NCBI GenBank assembly: GCA_039190745.1
Contig: JBCCXZ010000029.1
Span: 1 to 43,852 of the forward strand
DNA length: 43,852 nucleotides
Direction of reading: 5' to 3'
DNA from: Planctomycetota bacterium
Lineage (GTDB): Bacteria; Planctomycetota; Planctomycetia; Pirellulales; Lacipirellulaceae
The notes beneath the pieces are model-generated. The model saw only the letters and a program-made list of their open reading frames with translations, made no database searches and was not told the origin of the DNA. The stretch's first letter is position 1. Each line of letters starts with the position of its first letter. Positions 28,057 to 37,867 of the stretch are shown here, in pieces. Position numbers and translations under genes: made by a program.

Positions 28057-29511
28057 TCATCCCAGCACCGGGCACGTATCAAACCACTCACGCCCCTGTC
28101 GGCTCATCCACTCGGTGCACTCCGTCGGGCCCCAGAAGCCGGGGTCGTACATGTACAGCGTCGGCCGGTCGCTCCCCCGCCACGCCTCCAGGATCGGGTC
28201 GCACACCCGCCACGCCGCCTCCACTTCGTCGGCCCGCGCGAACAGGCTCGCGTCGCCCTCCAATGCGTCAAGCAGCAGCCGCTCGTACGCCTCCGGCATC
28301 CCGCCCTGGAACTCCTTCCGGTAATCGAAGCTGAGGTCGGTCTGCCGCGTCTTCATCCCCTGGTCGGGCACCTTCGTCTGGAAGTGCAGCTGGATGCCCT
28401 CTGCTGGCTGCACCTGGATCACCAGCCGGTTCGCCCCGCGGAGCGAACCGCCCGCCGAGTCGAACAGCTGGTGCGGCGGCTCGCGGAACTGGATTACGAT
28501 CTGTGTCGTACGGCACGACATCGCCTTTCCGCTCCGCAGGTAGAACGGCACGCCGTGCCACCGCCAGTTATCAATCGACAGTTTCAGCGCCGCGAACGTC
28601 GCCGTCCGGCTGGTCGGCTCCACGCCCTCGGCGGCGGTGTACCCCCGGTACTGCCCGCGGAACGTGTTTTCGAGGATCTCTTCGCGCTCCGACTTGCGGA
28701 CCGCCTCTAGCACCTTCACCTTCTCGTTGCGGATCGCCGTGGCGTTGTACTGCGCCGGCGGCTCCATCGCCGTCACCATCAGCAGCTGCAGCAGGTGGTT
28801 CTGGATCATGTCCCGCACCACGCCCGCGCCGTCGTAATACCCGGCCCGGCTGCCGACGACCACCTCTTCGGCCACAGTGATCTGCACGTGGTCGATAAAG
28901 TTCCGGTTCCACAGCGGCTCGAAGATCGTGTTGCCGAACCGCAGCACCATCAGGTTCTGCACCGTCTCTTTGCCGAGGTAATGGTCGATACGGTAGACCT
29001 GATGCTCGGCGAACGACCTGTGGATCACCTCGTTCAGTGCGTGCGCCGAAGCCAGGTCGGTCCCGAACGGCTTCTCAATAATCACGCGGCAAGACGCTTT
29101 GTCCTCGCAGGTCAGCCCCGCCTTGCCCAGGTGGGCGATCGCCGGCTCGTAGAACCGCGGGGCCGTCGACAAGTAGTACAACCGCTGCCGTGCTTCGCCG
29201 CCCTCGATCTCTTCCAGCCGGTCGGCGAGTGCCTCGAAATCCTCCGGCTTGCCGATGTCCCCCGGCTGGTAGTGCACACACGCGGCGAAGGCGTCCCACT
29301 GCTCCTGGTGGAACGAATCGCCCGTGAACTGCGCCGTCGTCTTGGCAAGTTCCTCCCGCCAAGCCGCGTCGGTGTACGGCGTCCGCGACACGCCCACCAC
29401 GCGCAGCTCGCCCTCGATCCGCCCTTTGCGGTGCAGGTGGTAGAGCGCCGGAATGAGCTTCCGGCTGGTGAGGTCGCCCGAGGCGCCGAAGATCACGATC
29501 GTTGATGACAC
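28057..29511 (-). CDS. zwf: Glucose-6-phosphate 1-dehydrogenase
   Basis: IFGASGDLTSRKLIPALY, IIEKPFG, RIDHYLGKETVQN, RDMIQNHLLQ, WHGVPFYLRSGK. Confidence 0.97.
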   Translation of the reverse strand: MSSTIVIFGASGDLTSRKLIPALYHLHRKGRIEGELRVVGVSRTPYTDAAWREELAKTTAQFTGDSFHQEQWDAFAACVHYQPGDIGKPEDFEALADRLEEIEGGEARQRLYYLSTAPRFYEPAIAHLGKAGLTCEDKASCRVIIEKPFGTDLASAHALNEVIHRSFAEHQVYRIDHYLGKETVQNLMVLRFGNTIFEPLWNRNFIDHVQITVAEEVVVGSRAGYYDGAGVVRDMIQNHLLQLLMVTAMEPPAQYNATAIRNEKVKVLEAVRKSEREEILENTFRGQYRGYTAAEGVEPTSRTATFAALKLSIDNWRWHGVPFYLRSGKAMSCRTTQIVIQFREPPHQLFDSAGGSLRGANRLVIQVQPAEGIQLHFQTKVPDQGMKTRQTDLSFDYRKEFQGGMPEAYERLLLDALEGDASLFARADEVEAAWRVCDPILEAWRGSDRPTLYMYDPGFWGPTECTEWMSRQGREWFDTCPVLG

Positions 29512-29519
29512 AGGTTATT

Positions 29520-29674
29520 CACCGCAGAGGACGCGGAGGTCGCAGAGGAAACATAGGAGTAAACCAAGAAACGAAAAACGAATGGCCTCTCTCATCTTGA
29601 TGATCCGCACGGGTGTCGAACGAAAAACAAATCGCAGATTGAAACCCTCCGCGCTCTCTGCGTCCTCTGCGGTG
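29520..29674. repeat. Palindromic element C: same outer inverted-repeat family as element A, with an unrelated A-rich core
   Basis: caccgcagaggacgcggaggtcgcagagg (29520-29548) and cctccgcgctctctgcgtcctctgcggtg (29646-29674); occupies nearly the whole gndA-zwf spacer. Confidence 0.82.
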
Positions 29675-29683
29675 CAATCCGAC

Positions 29684-31126
29684 TTACGAAGGCTCACGCC
29701 GCAAATCCAACCACTCCGTATGGAACATCTCCCCCCGCAGCTTGTCGACCCGCTCATACGTGTGGGCGCCGAAGTAGTCACGCTGCGACTGCAACAGGTT
29801 CGCCGGCAGCCGGTCGCGGCGAAAGCCGTCGTAGTACGCCAGCGCGGTCATAAACGCCGGAATCGGCACACCCAAGAGCGATGCCTGCGACACCACGTGC
29901 CGCCAAGCCGGCTGGGCTTGGTCCACCGCTTCGGCGAAGTACGGCGCGAGCAGCAGGTTTTCTAGGTTCGGGTCCTTGTCGAACGCCTCCTTGATCCGGT
30001 CCAGGAACACCGCCCGGATGATGCACCCGCCCCGCCACAGCATCGCGCAGTCGCCGTAGTTCAGCGGCCAGTCGTGCTCGGCGGCCGCCGCTTGCAGCTG
30101 CACGAATCCCTGGGCGTAGCTCACGATCTTCGAGGCGTAGAGCGCCTGCCGGATTTGCTCGATGAACTCCTGCTTATCGCCCGCGTACGCCGGTGCCGGG
30201 CCCTTCAGCACGCCGCTTGCGCGGACCCGCTCTTCTTTCCGCGCCGACAGCCCGCGGGCGTACACCGCCTCGGTCACCAGCGTGCTCGGCACGCCGAGGT
30301 CCAAGGCCAGCTGGCTCATCCACTTGCCCGTGCCTTTGGCGCCGGCCGTGTCGAGCACCTTGTCGACCATATACCCGCCGTCGTCGTCCTTCACGCTGAA
30401 GATGTCGCGCGTGATCTCGATCAGGTAGCTGTCCAGCTCGCCCGTGTTCCATTCGGCGAACACGTCGTACAGCTCGTCGTTCGAAAGGCCGAGGCACTGC
30501 TGCATCAAGAAGTACGCTTCGCAGATGAGCTGCATGTCGCCGTACTCGATGCCGTTGTGCACCATCTTCACGTAGTGCCCGGCGCCGCGGGGGCCGACCC
30601 ACTCGCAGCAGGGGATGTCGTCGTTGGGGCCGACCTTCGCCGCGATCGCCTGGAAGATTGGCTTCACCATCGGCCACACGTCGGGGCTGCCGCCCGGCAT
30701 CATGCTGGGGCCCAGCAGCGCGCCTTCTTCCCCGCCGGAGACGCCCGTCCCCGAGTAGAGCAGCCCCTTGGCTTCGACTTCCTTCGTCCGCCGCTCGGTA
30801 TCGGCGTAGTAGGTGTTCCCGCCGTCGATCAGAACGTCGCCCGGCGAGAGCAGCGGCACGAGCGAGTCGATCAACGCGTCGACCGCCGGCCCCGCCTTCA
30901 CCATCATCATCACCAGCCGCGGCGGCTTCAGCGCCGCGACAAGCTCCTCCAGCGTGTGGCAGCCCACGAAGTTCTTCCCGGACGCGCGCCCGGCGATGAA
31001 CTCGTCGACCTTGCTCGTGGTCCGGTTGTTCACCGCCACTTTGTAGCCGCGGCTCTCGACGTTCAGGGCCAGGTTCTCGCCCATCACCGCCAACCCGATC
31101 AGCCCGAAATCACAGTCACCGGACAT
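29684..31126 (-). CDS. gndA: 6-phosphogluconate dehydrogenase (NADP+-dependent, decarboxylating)
   Basis: GLIGLAVMGENLALN, IDGGNT, GVSGGEEGA, VKMVHNGIEYGDMQ, KGTGKW, QRDYFGAHTY. Confidence 0.97.
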   Translation of the reverse strand: MSGDCDFGLIGLAVMGENLALNVESRGYKVAVNNRTTSKVDEFIAGRASGKNFVGCHTLEELVAALKPPRLVMMMVKAGPAVDALIDSLVPLLSPGDVLIDGGNTYYADTERRTKEVEAKGLLYSGTGVSGGEEGALLGPSMMPGGSPDVWPMVKPIFQAIAAKVGPNDDIPCCEWVGPRGAGHYVKMVHNGIEYGDMQLICEAYFLMQQCLGLSNDELYDVFAEWNTGELDSYLIEITRDIFSVKDDDGGYMVDKVLDTAGAKGTGKWMSQLALDLGVPSTLVTEAVYARGLSARKEERVRASGVLKGPAPAYAGDKQEFIEQIRQALYASKIVSYAQGFVQLQAAAAEHDWPLNYGDCAMLWRGGCIIRAVFLDRIKEAFDKDPNLENLLLAPYFAEAVDQAQPAWRHVVSQASLLGVPIPAFMTALAYYDGFRRDRLPANLLQSQRDYFGAHTYERVDKLRGEMFHTEWLDLRREPS

Positions 31127-31271
31127 AAATGCTATCTCTTTTTGCAGCCGTAAAGGGGAAACACGCCGGCGCCTGCTCTAGAAGAACGAACCGAGAAGCT
31201 CCGGGGCCGGCGATTCTAACCGCCCCCCGCCAAGCGAACAATCGAGCGGCGATCGCACCCAACGGCTACCG

Positions 31272-33044
31272 CTATCGGCCGCGGTACACCGGCAAGCCGT
31301 CGATGAGCTCCGCGACCCCTTCGAGTTCTCGCTTTAGCTCGTCTCCTGGGTAGCGCTCGCGGAGCTCCGCGGCCGTTAGCCCTTCCGGAAAACCGTCTAC
31401 CGGGGGCAGGAAATCCGACACGCGGAAACCGCCTCGAATGTCGCCTAGATCGGCCGAGCCGTCGATCACCGCGGAGGCGAACCGCACGCCCGCGTAGTTC
31501 GCCGCCATGTCGGCAAAGCTGAACCCGCTGCCGCCGTTCGCGTCCATCACCTCTTTGGCAAGCCCGATCTGCTCGGCACGCTCGGCGCTTGTGACAGAAG
31601 TCAGCAACGCCGAGATAAAGAAGTGCTTCGCCAGGTCGTGCCGGTCGTGCACCGTAGGCACGCCCGCCGACTCAAGCCTTCGCAGGCGTTCCGCTTCGGT
31701 CTCAACCGCGTCACAGATCGTCTTCGTGAGCGGGTTCTGCCGCAACGCCTGCGTGTCGTCGACGAACACCCCCATCCCAATCAGCAGGGCACGCCGCGCT
31801 TCCTCGCCCTCGCCCACGCCGAGCGCAGCCGCGGCCGCGTGCCGGACGTAGTGGTTGGTCAACGCATCGCCCGCCTTGGGGGGCGGCCCCGACGAGTCGC
31901 TCGCGGCCTTCTCACGTTCCGCTGCCGCAAACGACAGGCTCCTCAGCACGCGCTTCGCCTTGCTGAAGGTCGAGCCCCGCGGCGAGTTGTGCCCCATCAG
32001 CCGCACCAACACCTGGGCGGCCGTATCGCCGGGCAGCGTCTTGCCGACCGCCGTGTAAACGCCGCGCATCCGCTGACGCGTCACCGCCGTGAGGCCGCTG
32101 AGCCCGCGTGCGCCGCCGCGCATCTCCTCGGCGACCATCCCCATCAACAGCGTGCTCACCGGGTCGAACCGGATCTGCGCGCCGCGGGCACGCTGCAGAC
32201 CGCCGGTGATCACCGGCCGCATCACGCTCTCTGGTTCCGGGCTGTGCGCCGCCCCGAGGTAGTGACCGAGCTCGTGCACCAGCAGCTCGGCCCGCTCGGT
32301 CTCACGCACGTTCGGCGACCGCTCCTTCAAGAGGATCCACGGGTGCAGCGGGCCGCGCGTGCCGCCCAGGTGCACCCGCCCCCGCGCGATCTGGTACTGG
32401 CTGCTGAACCCGATCGCGACCTGTGCCGGCGCCGGCCGCACCTCCCGCTCGAACTCCATCAGGCTGCGCGAGAACTGCTTGTGCTTGTCGTTCGACTCCC
32501 AGGTCTGGACCGCAACCACCTCGAGCGCCACGCCCGCGTGCTTCTCGATAACTGCCGAAGCAGCCTTCACCCGCTGACGCAACCGCTGTTCCCACAGATG
32601 CCGGTGACGCGGCTCGTCTTCGTCGACAAGCAGCTTGACCGTGACGACAAACGGTTTAGAGTCCGCCGGCGGGTCGTCCGGCAGGCTCGGCGGCGGGGTC
32701 TTCGGGCCGTCCTCGCCAAGCCGCACCTGCTGCAGCACGGTCGCACCGTCGGGCACGCGCAACGCAAACCCGTACACCGTGTACGGCCGCAACGCCATCG
32801 TGGCCATCCGGTCGCCGCTTCGGAAACGCACGATCAGGTCTTCGGCGAAGAACACCGGGACCGACTCCGAAGGGGCCAGCCGCCGGCTCAGCACCGTCCG
32901 CCCTCGGCTCTGAGCACTGACCGCCACCGGCGTGTTCAGCCAGTTGGTTAGCACCGATACTTCCGCGCCGGCCTCCGACGCAGACAGCACCAACGAGCAG
33001 CACGCAAGAAACGCCAAACAGCCCGGAGTCAAACCGTTCGGCAT
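31272..33044 (-). CDS. Exported metzincin-type zinc metalloprotease domain protein with a C-terminal YfiM/DUF2279-like region
   Basis: Signal peptide; HELGHYLGAAH (HExxHxxGxxH) followed by Met-turn SVMRP; C-terminal DLAKHFFISA...GLAKEVMD..GSGFSFADMAAN. Confidence 0.65.
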   Translation of the reverse strand: MPNGLTPGCLAFLACCSLVLSASEAGAEVSVLTNWLNTPVAVSAQSRGRTVLSRRLAPSESVPVFFAEDLIVRFRSGDRMATMALRPYTVYGFALRVPDGATVLQQVRLGEDGPKTPPPSLPDDPPADSKPFVVTVKLLVDEDEPRHRHLWEQRLRQRVKAASAVIEKHAGVALEVVAVQTWESNDKHKQFSRSLMEFEREVRPAPAQVAIGFSSQYQIARGRVHLGGTRGPLHPWILLKERSPNVRETERAELLVHELGHYLGAAHSPEPESVMRPVITGGLQRARGAQIRFDPVSTLLMGMVAEEMRGGARGLSGLTAVTRQRMRGVYTAVGKTLPGDTAAQVLVRLMGHNSPRGSTFSKAKRVLRSLSFAAAEREKAASDSSGPPPKAGDALTNHYVRHAAAAALGVGEGEEARRALLIGMGVFVDDTQALRQNPLTKTICDAVETEAERLRRLESAGVPTVHDRHDLAKHFFISALLTSVTSAERAEQIGLAKEVMDANGGSGFSFADMAANYAGVRFASAVIDGSADLGDIRGGFRVSDFLPPVDGFPEGLTAAELRERYPGDELKRELEGVAELIDGLPVYRGR

Positions 33045-33089
33045 CGGATCAGACCCGCCTCAATAGATAGACCGCGACCGCCGCAGCGG

Positions 33090-33803
33090 CTAGGGACGCT
33101 CCCGCTTTGGACGCCGCAGCAGCAACTGGAGTTCCTCCATCGCTAGCATATCCCGCTCGCGGCTCGCCGCGGAGAGCGCCGCCTTCAGGTTGCCCAGCAG
33201 ACGGAACAACCACTGCCGATGGCTCGCCCGGGCAAACGCCTGCGACCGATCTGCCGGCGACTGGCCGATCGCCATCGAAACCCGCCGGATCACGTCGTCC
33301 GGGTCGAGCGACTCGCCCCCGTGGAACGGGTCGATATAAAGCGGCGCACGCCCGGCGGCCTCCGGCTCGATCTCCACCAGGAAATGCCCCGGCGCGTTTA
33401 CCCCGTGCGTCCGGAAGCCCACCTTGTCCGCCACCAGCTTGTAGACCAACGACAGCGTGATCGGCAGCCCCCGACGCGACGACAGCACGTCCGGAACGTA
33501 GCTATTGGCCGGGTCGTAGTAGTCCTCCGCGTTGCCCCGCAGCCCGTAGACCTCGAACAGCACGTCGTGCAAGTGAGCCAGCAGCGCGTCGCGGCTCTCG
33601 GACGCCACCCGGCGCCGGACGGTGTAGGCGAGGTTCTCGATCACCGTTTCCACCGCTGCCAAGTCTGCTTCCGGCCGATCGTGCAGGGCCACCGCGAACG
33701 CGCCGCGCAGCAGCCCGTCGTTCGTTTCAACCGACTGCAGCGCAGCCAGAAACGCCTCGTAAGCGGCCGGCCGACAGTGGGCGGGGGGGTGGATCTCGCT
33801 CAT
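33090..33803 (-). CDS. SirB1-family / transglutaminase-like domain protein
   Basis: GNAEDYYDPANSY, VLSSRRGLPITLSLVY, GVNAPGHFLV, YIDPFHGG, RLLGNLK. Start probably MSEIHPP at 33803. Confidence 0.82.
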   Translation of the reverse strand: MSEIHPPAHCRPAAYEAFLAALQSVETNDGLLRGAFAVALHDRPEADLAAVETVIENLAYTVRRRVASESRDALLAHLHDVLFEVYGLRGNAEDYYDPANSYVPDVLSSRRGLPITLSLVYKLVADKVGFRTHGVNAPGHFLVEIEPEAAGRAPLYIDPFHGGESLDPDDVIRRVSMAIGQSPADRSQAFARASHRQWLFRLLGNLKAALSAASRERDMLAMEELQLLLRRPKRERP

Positions 33804-33963
33804 CCAACGCAGCTTATCCAACGCCCCTGACGCTGTCACTACGCCCACCCGCACGGTTCTTACCACACGGTTTTCGTCGTCGAACTACGCCCCAACGCAA
33901 CCCCGCCACACGCTCGCCTAGCCGAGTTGTCTCCCCACCGCCGGCCGCCCATACTGACGAGCC

Positions 33964-35172
33964 ATGCCGCCAGAAACTGCTACCACCGCGCTCCCGCTGA
34001 TCCAATCCCCCGCAGGAGTCCTCGCTGCGCTCGCCTCGGTCGGGGCCTTCTTCTTCTGGCTCCAACGCACCACCCGCTGGCGGCTGTTCGACTACCTCCC
34101 GCCGCTGATCTACATCTATCTCGTCCCCGTGCTGCTCTCGAACCTCCCCGCCGTGCAGGGCAGGGCGGTGCTGCCGACCGAGTCCGCCGTCTACGACGCC
34201 CTCGGCGCCCTTGTGCTGCCGCTGATGCTGGTGCTGCTCCTGATGAACGTCGATGTCGGCGGGGCCCTCCGTGTCCTCGGCCGCGGCGTCGGCGTCATGC
34301 TCTTCGGCACGCTCGGCGTCGTCATCGGGGCGCCGCTCGGGCTGCTCGCAGTCCGCGGCTGGATCGGCCCCGACGCCGACAAGGCCTTCGGCACCCTCGC
34401 CGGCAGCTGGATCGGCGGCACCGGAAACATGGCCGCCGTGCAGCAGATGATCGGAGCCGGCGAAACAGACCTAGGGCTCGCCGTGCTCGGCGATACCACC
34501 ATCTACATCCTCTGGCTCCCCATCCTCTTGGGCTGCAAGAAGTACGCCGAGAGCTTCGCCTGCTTCACGGGCGTCGACCCCGGCCGCGTCGAACGCATGG
34601 AACGCATCGCCCTGGAACAAGCCGAAGAAAAACGTCCGCCAACGACGCCCGACTTCCTCGCGCTGCTCGCCGTCGGCCTCCTAGTAACCTGGGCCGCCAC
34701 CGCCATCGCCGCAGCCATCCCCGAAGCCCCGCCATACCTCTCCACAAGCACCTACCGCATCCTGCTCGTCACCACCCTAGGGATCGGCCTCTCGTTCTCG
34801 CCCATGCGCCGCGTCCCCGGCAGCCACGAACTCGGCATGGCGCTGGTCTACCTCTTTGTCGCCCGCATGGGCGCCTCGGCCCAGCTCGACCGTCTCGCCG
34901 GGCAGGCCCTGCCGTTCCTGGCCGGCGCCACGCTCTGGATCTTCATCCACGGCGCCTTCTGCCTGCTGGGTGCGAAGCTCCTCAAGGTCGACATCCACAC
35001 CGCCGCGATCGCCAGCGCCGCCAACATCGGCGGGGCCGCCTCGGCCACCGTCGTCGCCTCGCACCACCGAGAAAGCCTCGTCCCCGCCGCCGTGCTGATG
35101 GCCCTGGTCGGCTACGCAGTGGGCAACTACGCCGCGTACCTCGCGTGGTACCTCTGCAGCCTCGGGGGCTGA
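33964..35172 (+). CDS. DUF819 family membrane protein (putative transporter)
   Basis: About 11 TM segments; LAGSWIGGTGNMAAV, IASAANIGGAASA, LVGYAVGNY. Confidence 0.85.
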   Translation: MPPETATTALPLIQSPAGVLAALASVGAFFFWLQRTTRWRLFDYLPPLIYIYLVPVLLSNLPAVQGRAVLPTESAVYDALGALVLPLMLVLLLMNVDVGGALRVLGRGVGVMLFGTLGVVIGAPLGLLAVRGWIGPDADKAFGTLAGSWIGGTGNMAAVQQMIGAGETDLGLAVLGDTTIYILWLPILLGCKKYAESFACFTGVDPGRVERMERIALEQAEEKRPPTTPDFLALLAVGLLVTWAATAIAAAIPEAPPYLSTSTYRILLVTTLGIGLSFSPMRRVPGSHELGMALVYLFVARMGASAQLDRLAGQALPFLAGATLWIFIHGAFCLLGAKLLKVDIHTAAIASAANIGGAASATVVASHHRESLVPAAVLMALVGYAVGNYAAYLAWYLCSLGG

Positions 35173-35202
35173 CACCCGCAAACCAAACCGCTGCGACCGC
35201 AC

Positions 35203-35241
35203 AAAAAAACCGGCCGCCCCCTCAAAGGGAGCGGCCGGTTT
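35203..35241 (-). terminator. Rho-independent terminator between the convergent DUF819 and PEP-CTERM genes
   Basis: aaaccggccgc-ccc...ggg-a-gcggccggttt stem; A7 tract on the + strand gives a U tract on the - strand. Confidence 0.75.
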
Positions 35242-35272
35242 CACAAGATTACTAGAGCCGAGGGGTTTGTCC

Positions 35273-35992
35273 CTAGCGGCGGCGACGGACGAGCGTCAGG
35301 GCCACGCCCGAAAGACCGAGCAACGCGGCGGTCGGCTCGGGAACAACGCGTTCAAACAGATACCCTGCAGCACGCATCGAGCTGAAACTGTTGCTGAAGG
35401 CAACCTGCTCCAGATCGATCGACCCGCTGGTGTAGCTGACCTCACCGACCTTTACCCAGACGTGACCAAGGCCGGGGGAGCCGGGCTGAGGACCCGGGGC
35501 GGGGATAATGATCGGAAACCCGTTCTGGTCGATTTGCACGCTCGAAGAGTCGCCCGAGGTTGTAACGTTGTACGTGACAGGGCCGCCGCTGACGTTGCTG
35601 GTGAACGGCCACGTGGCGTACACAGCGTAGAGCCCAGGGCCGCCGCCTACCAACCCGCTCGCGGTGTTGCCGTCGCCCAGGTCCGTACCGGCTGCCACAG
35701 CCAAGTTGTCGGCCATCGAATCAGGCGAGTAAGTGGCGGTGTAGGTGTCGAGGTCTGCCGACCCGTTGCCGCCGAAGATGCTATTGCCGCCGTTCATGCC
35801 GAACGCGGTGGACGGGATGCTCGCGGTGGCGGCGGTGGTATCGCCGCCGAAGCTAAAGAGCGGATTGAACGTGACGGAGCCGTTGCTAAGGCCATCGGTG
35901 TCTATTTCGAGTAGGAACGCTGCATTGGCAACGCCCGCGCCGACGAAGAGCACGCCGACGACTAGAAGAGTAAAGAGCTTTCTCAAATGCAT
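35273..35992 (-). CDS. PEP-CTERM sorting domain protein with a Golvesin/xanthan-lyase CBM-like beta domain
   Basis: Signal peptide ending VANA; C-terminal VPEPTAALLGLSGVALTLVRRRR; core GLYAVYATWP...VTYNV...VQIDQ...WVKVG. Confidence 0.82.
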   Translation of the reverse strand: MHLRKLFTLLVVGVLFVGAGVANAAFLLEIDTDGLSNGSVTFNPLFSFGGDTTAATASIPSTAFGMNGGNSIFGGNGSADLDTYTATYSPDSMADNLAVAAGTDLGDGNTASGLVGGGPGLYAVYATWPFTSNVSGGPVTYNVTTSGDSSSVQIDQNGFPIIIPAPGPQPGSPGLGHVWVKVGEVSYTSGSIDLEQVAFSNSFSSMRAAGYLFERVVPEPTAALLGLSGVALTLVRRRR

Positions 35993-36252
35993 TAGGTCAT
36001 TCTCCTGTACGAAAAACCGTCGTTCAAAGATGCTGAGCGAAACAGCGTTGCTGGCCGGACTTCGTCCGAGCTGCGATGCGATCGACCGCCTGGAAACTGC
36101 TGCTTTTTCACTTTTCTCAGACTAAACGCTAACCCATGTTGCGGCAACGATTTTCGCGCAAAACTTCCACAAACCTGCGCAGCCCGCAACGTTGCATTCG
36201 GCCCCCGACAGCGCGAGCGGAACCCTCTTGGGTCCAGTATCCACGCTATCGG

Positions 36253-36696
36253 CTAGGGAAGCGAAAAGTCGACCTTCTGAGGATCCTCGTCCCCGGTCAC
36301 CGTGAGCGACATGCCTGAACTACCGTAGCGGCCAAACCGCTCAGGCACTTGGGGGGGAGGAAGCTCCGGGAGAGGCTGCCCCTCCACGTAGTCGTCGGGG
36401 AACTTCACCGGCGTCGCGACACGCACCTCGTAAGTGCCGGCCGGCAGCTCAAACCGGAAGGTGCCGTCTTCGCCGAGCCCGCCGCCCAAGGGCTTACCCC
36501 CGGAAGCGACAAAGTTGATCAAACCGCCGCGGACGGGTTCTCCCTCGTAGGTAACGCTCCCCTCGACGCTGAAAGTCCGGGGCCCCGTGTCGCAACCGAC
36601 GATCGGCGTGAGCACCAGACCGGCAAGAAGCACTCTTACTGCTCGGCAGCAGACACAGAGGAATATTGAGGAAGAACGCAGAGCTGTTATCACCAA
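36253..36696 (-). CDS. Small lipoprotein, carboxypeptidase-regulatory-like domain (DUF1559 partner type)
   Basis: IVG-C lipobox; VEGSVTYEGEPV.GG.INF, DGTF, GTYEVRV, P.RFG....SGMSLTV....Q..DFSL. Begins immediately after the DUF1559 stop; exact start uncertain. Confidence 0.78.
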   Translation of the reverse strand: MVITALRSSSIFLCVCCRAVRVLLAGLVLTPIVGCDTGPRTFSVEGSVTYEGEPVRGGLINFVASGGKPLGGGLGEDGTFRFELPAGTYEVRVATPVKFPDDYVEGQPLPELPPPQVPERFGRYGSSGMSLTVTGDEDPQKVDFSLP

Positions 36697-36698
36697 GC

Positions 36699-37796
36699 TT
36701 ACTCGAGGACCAGGGTTTCTTGACCGTTGCCCGAGGCGAGGGCTAGGTACGTGTCGATGTCGACATCATCCGAGATGAAATGGACGCTTGCGTCGCCGTA
36801 GGCGAAATTCAGGCCCCCCGGGTGGAAGCTGCCGAAGAGCAAATCGTTGAAGTTCATGGTCCTCGGCGCCCCGTCGGGCATGAAGGGCCGCTGGCCCCGC
36901 TCGTTGCTGTGGTTGGTATAGTAGCCGACCACGTTGAGATTCGCATTAGGGGGATACAACGCCGTAATGTTCTTGGCCGATGAGGAGGCGACGTCACGGC
37001 CCATCAGGCCCGTCTTCGGCACCGTTTTGAATCCCACGCCTCGGACGGCACCGTAGCCGGCCGGGGCGCCGCCGAAATAAGAGCCCGCGGTCCAGGCCCG
37101 AGCTTGGTACCAACGCTCTCCGATCAGGAACGTGTTGCTGGTGCCGTCGGTCACCCTCTGCATTGTGGTCTCGCTGCCCGGGTAGAGGATGCCGTCGGTA
37201 TTCACAGCCGACCAAGCGCTGTTCACGCAGGGGATGCCTGCCGACCACGGACCACAGTCGGCGGGCACGCCCAGGCGGCTCGCCCGCGAGACGTGCGAAC
37301 CCATCACGCCGTAGTAGCTCGTCGAGCCCTTGTTGGTCACCGAAGCCTCTACGGTGTCGGCGACCAGATCGGGGTCGCTGGGGCACCTGTAGAGGTCCAG
37401 CTGCAGGTCGTTGACAAAGTCCAGGTCCTGGATGTCTTCATTGCTCTCGTCCTCCACAAGCGCTCTCAGCCGGGCGTCGACTTCGTCCGATAGTGCGCCC
37501 TGCTCGGCGTAGGGAAGAATCAGCACCAGGAAGCTCGCCCCGTTGGCCCCGTTGCGGGAGGTGTTCACCGAGCTGGGAGGGTAGACGTTCCTGGCCGTCT
37601 CGTAGTTGAGGCACGCCAGGGCGATGTTCTTCTCGTTGTTCTGACAGCTCATCCGGCGGGCCGCCTCGCGGGCAGACTGAATGGCCGGAAGGAGCAGCGC
37701 TATCAAGACCCCGATGATCGCGATCACCACAAGAAGCTCCACCAGCGTGAAGCCTCGAGCAAGCCTTCCTAATCTGCTCGTGGGTCGCCTACTCAT
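36699..37796 (-). CDS. DUF1559 prepilin-type protein
   Basis: [50 protein letters not shown]. Confidence 0.92.
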   Translation of the reverse strand: MSRRPTSRLGRLARGFTLVELLVVIAIIGVLIALLLPAIQSAREAARRMSCQNNEKNIALACLNYETARNVYPPSSVNTSRNGANGASFLVLILPYAEQGALSDEVDARLRALVEDESNEDIQDLDFVNDLQLDLYRCPSDPDLVADTVEASVTNKGSTSYYGVMGSHVSRASRLGVPADCGPWSAGIPCVNSAWSAVNTDGILYPGSETTMQRVTDGTSNTFLIGERWYQARAWTAGSYFGGAPAGYGAVRGVGFKTVPKTGLMGRDVASSSAKNITALYPPNANLNVVGYYTNHSNERGQRPFMPDGAPRTMNFNDLLFGSFHPGGLNFAYGDASVHFISDDVDIDTYLALASGNGQETLVLE

Positions 37797-37867
37797 TTCG
37801 TTGCGCCATCCAAGTGGAACAGGAGAAAACGCAGATGATCACCACCCCCCGTAGAGAGGGCATCACA

